Shown piece after piece: positions 31,038 through 43,871 of a stretch of DNA of 64,000 nucleotides. The first letter of the stretch is position 1. Every line of letters starts with the position of its first letter. The notes below the pieces were generated by a model. It saw only the letters and a program-made list of their open reading frames with translations, searched no databases and was not told the origin of the DNA. Source of the stretch: Phaeosaccion multiseriatum (Eukaryota > Protista > Ochrophyta, other classes); NCBI GenBank assembly GCA_965112735.1, contig OZ218951.1:2976001-3040000 (forward strand), written 5' to 3'. A program made the translations under genes and the position numbers.

Positions 31038-34000
31038 ATGCTCCGCCTCGCGAGCCGAACCGGGCCTCGTCTTGGCCGCTTCCTGCACTCCTCTGCCAAG
31101 CGGCAGGCGAACGTTCTTCTCGGTACGTGCGGAGCTAGTAACACGGCTCCGGCGAAGCTCCGCTAACTGTTCCCGCTCTCTTGTTCCTGCTTGAATCAGC
31201 GCTGTACCCTGACCCAAAGACCGGGTATCCACCGAAGGTACGAAGGTAGTTGAGTCGAGGGAGCCATGATGGGCCTCCTTTGTAACAGAACTATACTCAT
31301 CTTTCCTCCTCCACCCAAGAACGCTATCTTAAATTTCCGCCGCAAAGCTCGACTTGATCATCCCCACTCCCTTGTACCCGTCAGTACGCTCGAGACGACA
31401 TTCCCCACATCTCAGGCTACGCCGATGGACAGCTCGCGCCTCCTCTCGGTGAGTCAAACGCAGCCCGTTATCAGGAGCGCGGGCGGTTCTTCCCTCACAT
31501 ACTCTTCTGACTCCTCTCTCAACCCCTGTCCGATGACCGTCGTGGGGAACATCCTTCCCAAGGCGATGTGGCCTTCAAGCCTGGGGAGCTGCTCGGCTGC
31601 GTGAGCGGAGAGCTAGGCCTGCGCCAGTACCTGGAGGCGCAGGGCCACTCCCTCGTCGTCACGGATGACAAGTGCGTGAGGAACAGCGGACATCTGTACC
31701 TCTACCTACACAAACAAACCCTTACTGGCCGGTGCTCTCTCTGTCTCTCTGTCTCTCTGTCTCTCTCTCTCTCGCTGGCCTCCCTCGTCGGGCTCTCTCA
31801 GGGACGGCCCCGACAGCGCCTTCGAGCGCGAGCTGGTGGACGCCGACGTGGTAATCAGCCAGCCCTTCTACCCCGCCTACATTACCCGCGAGAGACTGAA
31901 CAAGGCCCCCAAGCTCAAGCTCGCCATCACCGCAGGCATCGGCTCAGGTTACTCCTCCCCCCATCCACGTCTCTGAGCAAGTCCTCCCATCCCACTCTCC
32001 GAACGATACAAGAGCCTTGACGTCGCCCCCTACCACTCTTCTCCTGCTTACCTCTTTGCCGATCAATTGCTTGCATGTGCTGTGTGCGCATGTGCCGCTA
32101 CACCGCCGTCCCACACGCAGACCATGTGGACCTGGAGGCCGCCGCTGAGCGCAAAGTCGATGTCGCCGAGGTCACTTGGTGCAACAGGTGGTTGCTTGTG
32201 TAGCTCTCTCTCGCTCTCTCTCTCGACTATACCATACCGGGCCGGACGTCACTATACGGAGGCTCCACTAGCTACCTGCCTCTCCTCCTGCTTCTGCTCC
32301 TACTCCTGTGCCTCAGATGCGTCCTGGCTAGTGTTATCTGCTGTACAGCTTGCTACCAGCCCTGTGCCGCGCCTGATCCAACATGCCTTTCGCCTCATTC
32401 CCCCCGCACCCCACTTTGCCGTGTCGGAATACGACGTTGTTCCTGAGAACAGCATCAGCGTGGCCGAACATGTGGTGATGATGATACTCGGCCTTGTCCG
32501 TAACTACATCCCGAGGTAGGCCGCCGGCTCTGCTGACTTGACTGCCATGCTGGCAGGGGGCAAAAAGGAGCATGTTTCTGTCTTTAACTCTCTCTACTGA
32601 CAGGCTGCGTGTGCTGCCCTTGCGTCGCTTCTCGATTGGACGGTCGCTTCGCCACTCATCTTTGCTTTCTCGCCACCCCACCCTCCACACTCCCTCGCGG
32701 CCGTTTGTATGGCTCGGACGGTGTGCGCGCTCGAATTACCCACCACAGCCACGGACAGATTCTGAGCGGAGGATGGAACATCGCCGACTGGTAAGTAGAC
32801 AGAGCTTACCGCAGCTTCCCTTGCAGTGCATGGGAGCGGACCTCGCCTCACGATGCTCTGTTTGCCTTCCCCTTCCCTCGCGGCCTGTGCGCGTAGCGTG
32901 TCCCGCGCGTACGACCTGGAGGGCATGAAGGTGGGCACGGTGGCTGCGGGGAGGATTGGGCTGGCGGTGCTCCGCCGTCTTCAACCCTTTGGCTGCGAGC
33001 TACACTATAGTGATAGGCACAGGCTCCCGCAGGAGGTGAGGAGAGGCAATCAGTCAAGCAGATTGGTGTGTGGATAGAGAGACGCGGGACACTCCCAGCG
33101 AGAGACGGGCTAAGCGCCTTACGTGGAACCAGGCGCCACACCGACCGACCCCATGGCCGATACTTCTTCGCATCGCCCTCCCCCCCCCCGCCCTCCCCCG
33201 ACAAGTCTTCCTCCCTTTGTGTGCCATTTGACCGCTCACTCTTAGCCGCACCCATACCTCCCCTTCCTCCTGCCGTGCCCTGCATGACTCATGACTCACA
33301 GATGGAGGAGGAGCTGGGGCTGAAGTACCACTCCTCAGTGCACGACATGGTACGTGATATGGACGTGGTGACCATCAACTGCCCCCTCCACCCGGGCACC
33401 GAGGGACTCTTCGACGCGGGGCTCATCGAGGAGATGAAGCGTGGAGCCTACCTCGTCAACACCGCACGGGCCAAGATCTGCGATCGGGATGTGAGTAGTA
33501 GTAGAAGGAGGTATTTGGGCAGGGTAGGGGTGTATTGGAGGGAGATGGCTCGCTCGTCCCGCGGTATGGAGCGTCGAATGGCGTCGACGCAACTCTTCCC
33601 AGCCGCGTCTTCAACAGCCCCTTGAAGCCTCGTCTCCTGTTCTTGCCCCTTGTCTTCCTCCTACACACACTGGATGCATACACGTATAGCTATGCGGCGG
33701 TAACCCTCCTCGCACTCTCTACTGCTGCCCTGCCCTCCGTGTCGCCTTGTCCTCTGCCCTCACCCCAAGGCCGTGGTGTCTGCCCTGTCCTCGGGTCAAC
33801 TGGCGGGCTACGCCGGCGACGTATGGTGCGTAGCAAGCGGTTCTATCTCGGACCCAACCATCCAATGAGCGGCATCGTGACTCTCTTCTTCGTCGCTCAG
33901 TCTTTGTTGTTCACTCACTCGACTCCGGCGGGGGCTCTACCTCGGCATCCCTCCCGCCGCCTCGTCGCCCACAGGTTCCCGCAGCCCGCTCCGAAGGACC

Positions 34001-35713
34001 ACCCTTGGCGGACGATGCCCAATCATGGAATGGTGCGTGCGTGCGTAGGGGCAAGCAAATCCGCTGCTTTGAATCGCCTAGCTACGTGAAGGCAACACCG
34101 CTTCCCCTGTTGTCTTGCCCTGCCGCATCGACACGCTTTGCTTGCCCTGACCTCCAAGCTGTACACACCCCTCTACCCCTTCGCGCGCACAGACACCCCA
34201 CACCAGCGGAACCACCCTTAGCGCACAGGTAGGGTCCCCTCTCTCCTTTCCTCTGTCCTCTCCTCCTCCCCTCTCTCCTCCCTCTCTCCTCCCCTCTCTC
34301 CTCCCCTCTCTCCTCCCCTCTCTCCTCCCTCTCCCCTCCCCTCTCTCCTCCCCTCTCTCCTCCCCTCTCTCCTCCCCTCTCTCCTCCCTCTCCCCTCCCC
34401 TCTCTCCTCCCCTCTCTCCTCCCCTCTCTCCTCCCCTCTCTCCTCCCCTCTCTCCTCCCCTCTCTCCTCCCCTCTCTCCTCCCCTCTCTCCTCCCCTCTC
34501 TCCTCCCCTCTCTCCTCCCCTCTCTCCTCCCCTCTCTCCTCCCCCCTCTCCTCCCCTCTCTCCTCCCCTCTCTCCTCCCCTCTCTTCTCCCCTCTCTCCT
34601 CCCCTCTCTCCTCCCCTCTCTCCTCCCGCCTCTCCTCCCGTCTCTCCTCCCCCCTCTCCTCCCCCCTCTCCTCCCTCTCTCCTCCCCTCTCTCCTCCCCT
34701 CTCTCCTCCCCTCTCTCCTCCCCCCTCTCCTCCCCTCTCTCCTCCCCTCTCTCCTCCCGCTCTCCTCCCCTCTCTCCTCCCCTCTCTCCTCCCCTCTCTC
34801 CTCCCCTCTCTTCTCCCCTCTCTCCTCCCCCCTCTCCTCCCTCTCTCCTCCCCTCTCTCCCGTGCCCGACGACACTCCCTTCCACTCGAGTCACAGCGCC
34901 CCTGTGCCCCTCTTGCTCTGTTGCTTGCTTCGTGGCTGTGGCTGGCCCCTTGTTACAGACACGCTACGCTGCCGGCACGAAGGAGATCCTCGAGTCATTC
35001 TTCGGCGGCAAGGTACATGAGACCCACACACAGCCAGTGCAAGCTCAGTCAGTGTTGCTTGGAGGCACGCCTGCCCCCCCCCCTTGCCCCCCCCCCCCCC
35101 TCCCTCCACCGATACTATCCACCCCCTACCCGTCGAGACCACCGCCAAGGGGCGCAGCCAAAGGAGGAAGAAGCGAATGGAGGGAGAGACACCTTCGGCC
35201 GAGGCTCCGATTCAACGCTTTCTTTGTCATCTCTTGCTCTGGCTGCGCTCTTTGAGTGCTTCTTTCTTCCCTTCCTGTCTTGCCAGGAGTTGCCGTCGTC
35301 CTCTCGCTCTCCTAACTCGCTCAACCCAGCCTCTTCCTTTTGCTCCTTCACTGCTTTGCTGCTCCGGACTTGGCTGTTTCCGACACCCTGCTGCTGGCCT
35401 GGCCTTGATGATATGTCAACAACCCCCCCTCGCGACCACTCCAGCCTATTCGGGAGGAGTATCAGGTGCGAGCTCAGCGCCCTCTAGCTACAAGCCGAGT
35501 CAGTCAGTCAGGCCTGCCTGGGGTCGGCCATCACAGTCTCTTCCCTACTACAACACTACAACTGCCCAAGTGACGCAGTGCTTGCTTGTTGCTTTTCACT
35601 TGCTTGTGCCTCGACTCGTCCCCCCCCCATCGAAGATACTGACGGATGGAAAGCTCGCTGGAGCGGGGGCCCATTCCTACAGCGAAGGGAACGCGACGAA
35701 GGGCGCCATCTGA
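31038..35713 (+). CDS. FDH: NAD-dependent formate dehydrogenase, bacterial type, with a predicted mitochondrial presequence; 16 exons, 414 aa
   Basis: Exons 31038-31122, 31200-31237, 31385-31448, 31563-31671, 31802-31947, 32121-32187, 32453-32515, 32749-32790, 32897-33035, 33302-33490, 33770-33825, 33975-34032, 34193-34228, 34959-35012, 35445-35465 and 35636-35713 sum to 1245 nt in frame. Motifs [45 protein letters not shown] and TPHTSG. Confidence 0.96.
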
Positions 35714-35847
35714 GTCCAGGAGCGAGAGAGCAGGAGAGAGCTCGCGCGACAGGGATCGAGCGAGAGAGAGACCGAAGACAGAAGGGGACAACAAAGAAAG
35801 AACTATTTATAATATATGTATTAACAGCAAGAGGACAGGACAGCGGC

Positions 35848-35895
<48 letters not shown>

Positions 35896-36323
35896 TCATC
35901 ACACACACAGATCATCACACACACACACACACACACACCTGCAACATGGAGAAGCAGAGATGAGACGGGAGGTGGAAGTAGAAGAGGTGAGAGCAACGCA
36001 AGGGATGCTCACCTGGGCAGTCAAGGCGGGGGGGGGGGGGGCGTCCGTCTGTGTATGAAGTGAGGGACCTCCCTAGGTTGGAAGGGACGCACGCGCCCAC
36101 AACATCGACTTTGGCTCGTCTTCAAAAATCGACACTCTCTACTTTTCCCAAATTCTTCCTCTCCCCTCTCGCTCTCGCTGAGTGTGCATTTTCCCTGCTG
36201 TTAGCGCTGCTGGGGCCTTGTGTTTCGTCAATTGTATATGATCATTAGAATGATGGAGAAGAGAGAGTAGAGCAGAAAGTAGGAGACAACTCTTTCGGAA
36301 GTGGTGGGCCAAGGTGGGGAGAG

Positions 36324-38809
36324 ATGAGAGAAGCTGAGAACCATCGTGGGAGGAAAAAGGATCAAACGGACGTGGGCGGCCAAGGAAGGATGGGTCCCTT
36401 GGGCCACAGATGGGCCGTCTTTGCCGCGGCCATACTCGTGGTCATGGGGTTCATGGTGCAGCAGCAGTGGCAAGAGGGACAGCAGAAGCAGCAGAGAGGC
36501 GATTTGGCACCAGCAGGAGTAACGGAGGGGAGGGGGGGAGAGGAGGGCTTGGGACTGCAGGCCGGGGCTCAGGGCAGCCGTAGACTGGGCCTGAGAGAGT
36601 TCTTCGGCTTTAAGAAGGCGAAGGAAGGGTAAGCATCATTGCCAGCGAGCGGCGTGGGGAGGTGTTTAGTTCCTGACTGACACTGTGTGTGCTCCTCTGT
36701 CTGGGAGAAAGGGGCCAGGGAGGGCTGCCTCTACCACTGCTGGTCGTGAGCAGCATTCCGGACAGTGTGTGTACCATGCTGGCTGCATTCAAGCGTGAAA
36801 GGGTAGATGGTGGCAAGGGAAGGTCGCACAAGCAAGGGGAGCTGAGATTTACTGTTCTTTGGATGCTATCTGTGCCTTCACTGGAGAGATGGGAATGGGG
36901 AAGAGGTAGTGAATGGCTACATTTCTTGCATGCTGGTGCTCAGCTTATTGTTTGTCAAGGGGTGAGTATATGGACCGTACATGAGCAGGAAGCTGCTAAA
37001 ATCCCAAATGGTCATGCACTGGGGCTGACTGTGGACTACATTGTGCTTGCATGCCCTCTGGTACTGGTCTCTCCGCCTCTTCCTCTCTTCAGGCCATCGG
37101 AGATCCTTGGGACGGTCCCTGCCGTGGTGAAGCCAACCGACAATAACCCCAACGCTAGAATCGCATACCTCATTATGGGAACAGGCGAAGGAGACGTCCC
37201 CAAAATCTCCAAGCTGCTGAGCAGAATACACCACGCGGACAATCTCTACCTCATTCATCTCGATAAGAAAACACCACAGGTCAGTCAGTGAGTGAGTGAA
37301 CGAGTGTGTGAGTGGGGTGAGTGAGTGGAGTGAGTGGAGTGAGTGAGTCAGTGAGTGAGTAGAGTGAGTGAGTGAGTGAGCAAGTGAGTAAGTGAGTGAG
37401 TGAGTGAGTGAGTAAGCGAGTGAGTGAGTAAGTGAGTGAGTAAGTGAGTGAGTGAGTAGAGTGAGTGAGTGAGTAAGTAAGTGAGTGAGTGAGTGAGTAG
37501 AGTGAGTGAGTGAGTAAGTGAGTGAGTGAGTGAGTGAGTTAGTGAGTGAGTAAGTGAAGGGGGAGTCGCGTCGTGTACAGAGAGAATGATTGGGGGAGGG
37601 GGAGGCTGTGTCTCAGCTTTTCAAATACCCCCCCCCCCTCTCTATCTATCAGGTCGACATTGACGTTATGCGGACGCTGTTGTCGCCATACGAAAATGCC
37701 CAGCTTCTGGAGCCGGCGCTGACAGTATCATGGGGGGTGAGTGAGTGAGGCAGTGAGTGAAGTAGTCACGCCATCAACACCCAACAAAGTCATGGGGACC
37801 GAGTGGGTCATGGACACACCGCCATCTGTGTATCGTATCACCAGCTGACCCGGCACACCTGACTTATAGTGGAGTAATGGAAGATCCATCTCTCAGTCAG
37901 CGCAACTACACAGGAAATTCCCTCCTCTGAGACGTTTTGCTCTCTCCTGTTTTCCTTCCCCCCCTCCCCTCTCTCGCCCACTCCTCTCCCTCTCCCCACC
38001 TCTCTCCCCCTCCGCCTCCAATGCTCCCCTCCTCCTCCTCCTCCTCCTCCTCCTCCTCCTCCTCCTCCTCCTCCTCCTCCTCCTCCTCCTCCTCCTTCTC
38101 CCTCCTCCCTCCCTCCTCCCTCCCTCCTCCCTCCCTCCTCCCTCCTCCTCCTCCTCCTCCTCCTCCTCCTCCTCCCTCCCCCCTCCCTCCTCCCTCCCTC
38201 CTCCCTCCCTCCTCCCCCTCGCCCCGCTGGATTGTGTTCTGTCCTGACAGGGCTTTTCCGTGACACTGACCGCGTTGTTCGGAATGGGTGCAGCGCTGAG
38301 TATGTCGGACAAGTGGGACTACTTTATTAACCTCAGTGGTGAGAGTGTGTGTACGTGTGTCGCTTGCGTAGATAGAGCCCCCACAGGAGAAGCGAGCGAG
38401 GGAGGGGGGTGTTACTGTCCCGGGCTAGCTTCCGCCCCACTACTTCCCATCCATTGCCATATTGCTCATTGCCTCTTCTGGTTTGGAGCCGGATTTGCCA
38501 ACTGTCCCGTGTTGAGTTCCTTTGCCCTCTGTTTTCTCTCCTCTCTCTTCTCTTCGGTGCTTGCCTTGACTTGCCTTGCCTTGCCTTGGCGTGTAGCGTC
38601 GGACTTTCCTCTTATGCGACAGGAAGAGATTATGGGCATTCTTGGCAAGTACAAGAACTCGGGCATTAGCTTCATGAAGGTAAGGGGAAGGGAAGCAAGA
38701 CGCTCCGATGCTGGTGCTGGGGCTGGTGCTAGCGAGGGAAGGGGAGTTGTAGAATAGTATTATGGTAGTAAGTAGTAGTAGAAGGAGGAGGAGGAGGAGT
38801 AGTAGTAGC

Positions 38810-38853
<44 letters not shown>

Positions 38854-39013
38854 CAGTAGTAGTAGCAGTAGTAGTAGCAGTAGTAGTAGAATTTAGGGGG
38901 GGGGATAAGTTGTCCCACTCGTCTCGCGTGACTCGCCTGTCTATCTGTCGGTCTTTCTGCCGACCTGTCTGTCTTTATACCGATCTGTCTGTCTGTCTGT
39001 CTGTCTGCCTGTG

Positions 39014-39076
<63 letters not shown>

Positions 39077-39203
39077 GTGTCTGTTTGTCTGTTTGTCTGT
39101 GTGTCTGTCTGTGTGTCTGTCTGTCTGTCTGTCTGTCTATCTGTCTGTCTGCCTACCTGTCTGTCTGTCTGTCTATCTATCCATCCATCTACCTGTCTGT
39201 CTA

Positions 39204-39248
<45 letters not shown>

Positions 39249-39298
39249 GGTCTGTCTGTCTGTCTGTCTGTGTGTCTGTGTGTCTGTCTGTCTGTCTG

Positions 39299-39329
<31 letters not shown>

Positions 39330-41353
39330 TTATCTGTATGTCTGTCTGTCTGTGTGTCTGTCTGTCTGTCTGTCTGTCTGTCTAACTATCTATCTATCTG
39401 TCTGTCTGTGTATCTGTCTGTCGGTCTGTCTGTCTGTCCAACGTTGACTGCGGCTACGCTACGCACGTACGTGCGTGAACTGTACACAGGGGAGCGTGAT
39501 GGATTACAACCAGTTCGGCAAGCGTCTGACGGGGTATATAGATGACCAACACGTGTACCGCAACCGCGCCACTCGGAACCCGTTCGTGCTGTTGGGCACG
39601 GGACCAAAGGGCAACAGGCCGGGGGGGGTCAATTTAGGTGCGTGGGTGAAAGGCATCGGGTGTTGGGTATTGGACGTAAGGTGTTGGGTATTGGACATTG
39701 GTGTTCGGTATTGGACATTAGGTGTTGGGTATTGCCTTGCTCTCCCGCCTATCTCATGCCCTCCCCTCCCCTCCCCTCCCCTCCCTTCCCCTCCCCTCCC
39801 CTCCCCTCCCCTCCCCTCCCCTCCCCTCCCCTCCCCTCCCCTCCCCTCCCCTCCCCTCCCCTCTCCCCCCCTCCCCTCCCCCTTCCCTTCCCCTTCCTGT
39901 CTACCACAGTACCACCGAGAGAGCTCCCTGACCGTTTCCAGGTGTTTAAGGGAGAGTTTTGGCACATTGCACATCGGAGGTAAGCAGAGCATGTAGGGCA
40001 AGCAGGACAGCCACGAGTGAGCCGTGGAGACACAAAAAGGGAGAGGGAGGGGAGTGAGAGAGAGGGAGAGATGCGAGCCGTGGGCACCAGGAGAGAGAGA
40101 GAAAGAAGGAATGTGTGCGTGAGAGAGGGAGTGAGAGAACGCGAGGAAGAGGGAGGGCAAGAGAGTCCACACGAGGGAGAAAGAGGAAGAGCCGGAGAGA
40201 GAGAGAGAAGGAGAGAGAGACAGAGAGGAGAGAGGGGAGAGAGAGAAAGAGGGAGACGGAATGGGTTAGCCCTTTGCTGGGCCAGCGGGGTGCAGAGGGA
40301 GATTTACTGGCGAAGTTGGACCCAGCTGGTTAAGAGGGAAACCGAAAAACTCAGTCGCGCCGCCTGAACGGATGGCACTCGAAGGAAGAGAGAGAGAGAG
40401 AGAGAGAGAGCGAGGGCAAGCGGGAGAGAGGGTGGCAAGAGGGGAAGTCATCATCCCCTCAGCCCAGGGAGGAGAGAGGCGAAACACAATCATTCGTCAC
40501 ATGGTCTGGTCTGGGCAGGGGTGAATGGTATTGTGAGCAAACAAGTGCGCGTGCCCTTTATTTATCTCTTTCGTCTCGAACCCCCCCCCGGCCCCGCGCC
40601 CCCCCCCCCTCTCGCGCTCTCTGTCTGCCCCTCTGGACCTCTTGCTTCTGTGCCTTGCCTCTGTTCCTCATACACACTCACACACGCACACACACTCACA
40701 CCCCCCGCCCCCCCCCCACACACACAAACACAAACACACGCGCGCGCGCACATGCACTCACACACACGCACACACACACACATGCACAGCTTCGCCAAGT
40801 ACGTGGTGGAGTCCCCCAACAACGTGGCGCGCTCAATGATCTCGTACTTCAGCAAAATGCGCATCAGCGACGAGTCATACTTCCAGACCGTCTTCTGCCA
40901 TCCCGAGTAAGTCAGAGAGGGGTTGAAGGAGCGAGTGCGTGAGTGAGGGAATGAGTAAGCCCCTGAGTGAGTGAGTGAGTGAGTAAGGGAGTGTTCGTGA
41001 GGCTCTCTGTCATTCTTGATTTGATACACTCCCCCCCCCCGTCACATACACACACACACACCATCCCCACTTCTAACCTACCCCACCCCCCCACCGACCC
41101 ACTCCTTCCCACTCCTTCCTACCCCCTACCCTTCCCAACCCCACCCCACCTCACAGGACGCCTAACACCATGCTGGCCTTCGGAGACCCAATGCGGCATG
41201 TGAATTGGGTCAAGCAGCCCAACGAAGCCATTATGATACACCCTGAGCCCCTCCAAGAAGCGCAGATGCCGCAGCTCAAGCAGAGCGGTGCTTTCTTCGC
41301 AAGGAAGTTTAATGCCCTTGACCCCTCCAGCAAGAAGGCGCTCGAGCAGATTG

Positions 41354-41441
<88 letters not shown>

Positions 41442-41786
41442 CTCTTGTCTTGGTGCATGCAATGTCTGTCTGTCTTACCTATCTGCGTGGAATCCGAGCG
41501 ACTCAAGTGTTTCCTCCCGCCCACCCGCCCGTCCACCCGCCCACCCATCCACCCACACACACACCCACTCACCCCCCCCCCCCCCCCCCCCCACACACAC
41601 CAGACATGGCTGAAGGACGACTCCTCAGCCGCCTCTGCCGACCGCCTCAAAAAGGGCCTTGACCGCATAGGAGGAGCCTCGAGAATGAAGGACAAGTGGG
41701 ACTACTGCAACGCCGACGGGAGGCTCACAGAGGTCGGCAAGTACGGTCTCGGAGCAGGCGTCACACCAGCTGACGTCACTAAGTAG
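36324..41786 (+). CDS. GT14 (core-2/I-branching, xylosyltransferase-like) glycosyltransferase; 10 exons
   Basis: Exons 36324-36628, 37093-37279, 37653-37736, 38251-38338, 38597-38679, 39490-39637, 39910-39979, 40790-40906, 41157-41355 and 41604-41786. Type II TM; motifs [50 protein letters not shown] and FFARKF. Confidence 0.9.
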
Positions 41787-42540
41787 GACGGATCGTTGTC
41801 CAAGACGCCAACTGTCCACGTGTGTGTAGTCAGTAGAGTCGCCCCCCGGCTGAGCTTTCGTTCTCGTGGTAGGAGGTATTTACTGGCCCAGCTGCGAGAT
41901 GTGGAGGTGGAGGCAGAAGGTGGTGGTGCATTTCGACCAGTGAGGTGGCAGGCAGTCCGTCCACCCACCCACCCACCCACCCTCTACTTTTGCTCCGCTC
42001 CACGCCGCCGCTCTGCCCCGCGCCCTTCCCCAGCATCATTCGCTGCCCCCTCCCCTCCCTTCCCAATCCCTCTACCTCACTTCACGCACCCCTTCGCTTC
42101 CCTTCCACCCCGTTCTCAATGTAGCCATGTACTACTGGCAATGTGACATACACTCCTTATGGCTTTATTTATGTAACGGTCAATGAGTGTTGTCGCAGTG
42201 TTGCAGCGGTAGAATGCGGCTGGGAATGGAAGGGAAGAAGAAGGGGGTGGGAAGGACTTGAGGTAGAGTGATTGTGAGTTGCCGGCGGTGTCAATCAAGT
42301 AGGCACATGTGTGTACACGTGTTGTGCGTATACCACATATACCCTTACATACCCTTAAGGTAGGGAGATGCTCCCACGCTACTACTACTCTTTGCCAATG
42401 AATGGAGGGCCCCGAAGGTGTCGAAGGTCAGCTCATGGGGCACAATACCAAAACGCAGCCCTACACACTGTAACACACTTGACATGAAATGAATGAGACA
42501 GAACCTTTTTTTTTTTTTTTTTTTAAAGCACTTGGAACTA

Positions 42541-42946
42541 CTGTGATTTCGCGGTTGAGTGGCACTTTTTACGCCCAATTACGCCCCATTAATTTTTTTT
42601 TACGCCAAATGACGACTTGTTTTACGACGTTTTACGACGCTTTAGCCCCCTATTTGACGCCCTTTTACGCCCTTTTACGCCCTTTTACGCTCTTTGACGC
42701 CCTTTTATCTTAATTCGCCTTAATTTCGTCTAAAAAAAATCACGTAAAAAAAAATCACGGAAGAGGGCGTGAAAGGGCGTAAAAGGGCGTAAAAGGGCGT
42801 AAAAGGGCGTAAAAGGGCGTCAAATAGGGGGCTAAAGCGTCGTAAAACGTCGTAAAACGTCGTAAAACAAGTCGTCATTTGGCGTAAAAAAAAAATAATG
42901 GGGTGTAATTGGGCGTAAAAAGTGCCACTCAACCGCGAAATCACAG
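42541..42946. mobile_element. 406-bp foldback MITE with TA target-site duplication (Tc1/mariner-like)
   Basis: TA|CTGTGATTTCGCGGTTGAGTGGCACTTTTTACGCCCAATTAC ... GTAATTGGGCGTAAAAAGTGCCACTCAACCGCGAAATCACAG|TA. Arms are inverted over well above 100 bp, carry TTTTACGCCC sub-repeats and are AT-rich relative to the flanks. Confidence 0.88.
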
Positions 42947-43871
42947 TACGCGCTCACTACATACATGATGGAGTGTGTGTGTGTGTGCGTGTGTGTGTGT
43001 GTTGTTTTTCCCTTTCATTGTTGTGAACGTTGTGGTCAGCTCCAGCGCATCGGCCTTTGGCAAGTCAAGCCAAGCCAAGGCCGCTCCCCCGTACTGAGAA
43101 CGCCCCTCCTTTGTGGAGCAAGAGAGCAAGAGTCGGCTGTGGCAGTGTGGCTTGGGCATCCTCGGCACCAGACCAGACCCAACAAGCCCTAGGAAGCAAG
43201 CGAAGCTCCCCTCCTTCACAATCTCACTTCCTGCCCTCTTGCCTCGCCAAGCAGCATCGATCGGCCCAGTGATGGAATGTGGGGCGTGCGGGCGGGCGCT
43301 CAACAAAGGCAGGGTATGAAGAAAGAGGAAGGGCGATCATCGCTACCATCGCTGCTGCTGCTCCTCGGGGGGGTCCAGGTGGTCTGCTCCTTCTCTATAG
43401 TGACTACAACTCACGTCTCAAGTACATGGGCCCAGCACTGCACTGGCTGGTGCTCGCCTTCATCTAGATAACCGCTTCCTCCTCCCTAACCCCCCATTTC
43501 ATTCCCAAGGGAATTGGCAGTGCCAAAATCATCAGCTGTATGGAGAGCGTTCCTCTTCCTCTTCCCTCTCCTGCTCATCCTTCCCTCCTGTCGTGCCGAT
43601 TTCGTGGCCGCCTCAGGTGTACGCAAGTGCTCTGAAACCGACAAAAGGCTAGAGCACCTCTCAGTCCTCAGGGGGATGGCAGACACTCATGCGTATCACC
43701 GACATGTGAACCTCCCTTCTCAACATCGCTTCCCTCGGCTCCCTCCCGCTTCAGAGCTTCTCTTGGACGTGGTGCGCACGCTGACTGAAGCTGGCACCCC
43801 TCTGAACGAATGGAGTAGGCCTCAATCAAACAGTCAATCAATCAATCAGTCAATCAATTGATCGATCGATT

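Noticed and set aside
30363-31232. Poly-R/G/P ORFs between AOX and FDH
   Set aside because: Artefacts of the (CCT)n tract.
34078-34894. GGER/REGR repeat ORFs
   Set aside because: Antisense reading of a CT-rich minisatellite in an FDH intron.
42116-43861. Possible minus- or plus-strand gene around the foldback MITE
   Set aside because: Exon-like fragments could not be joined into a consistent frame and show no recognisable domain.
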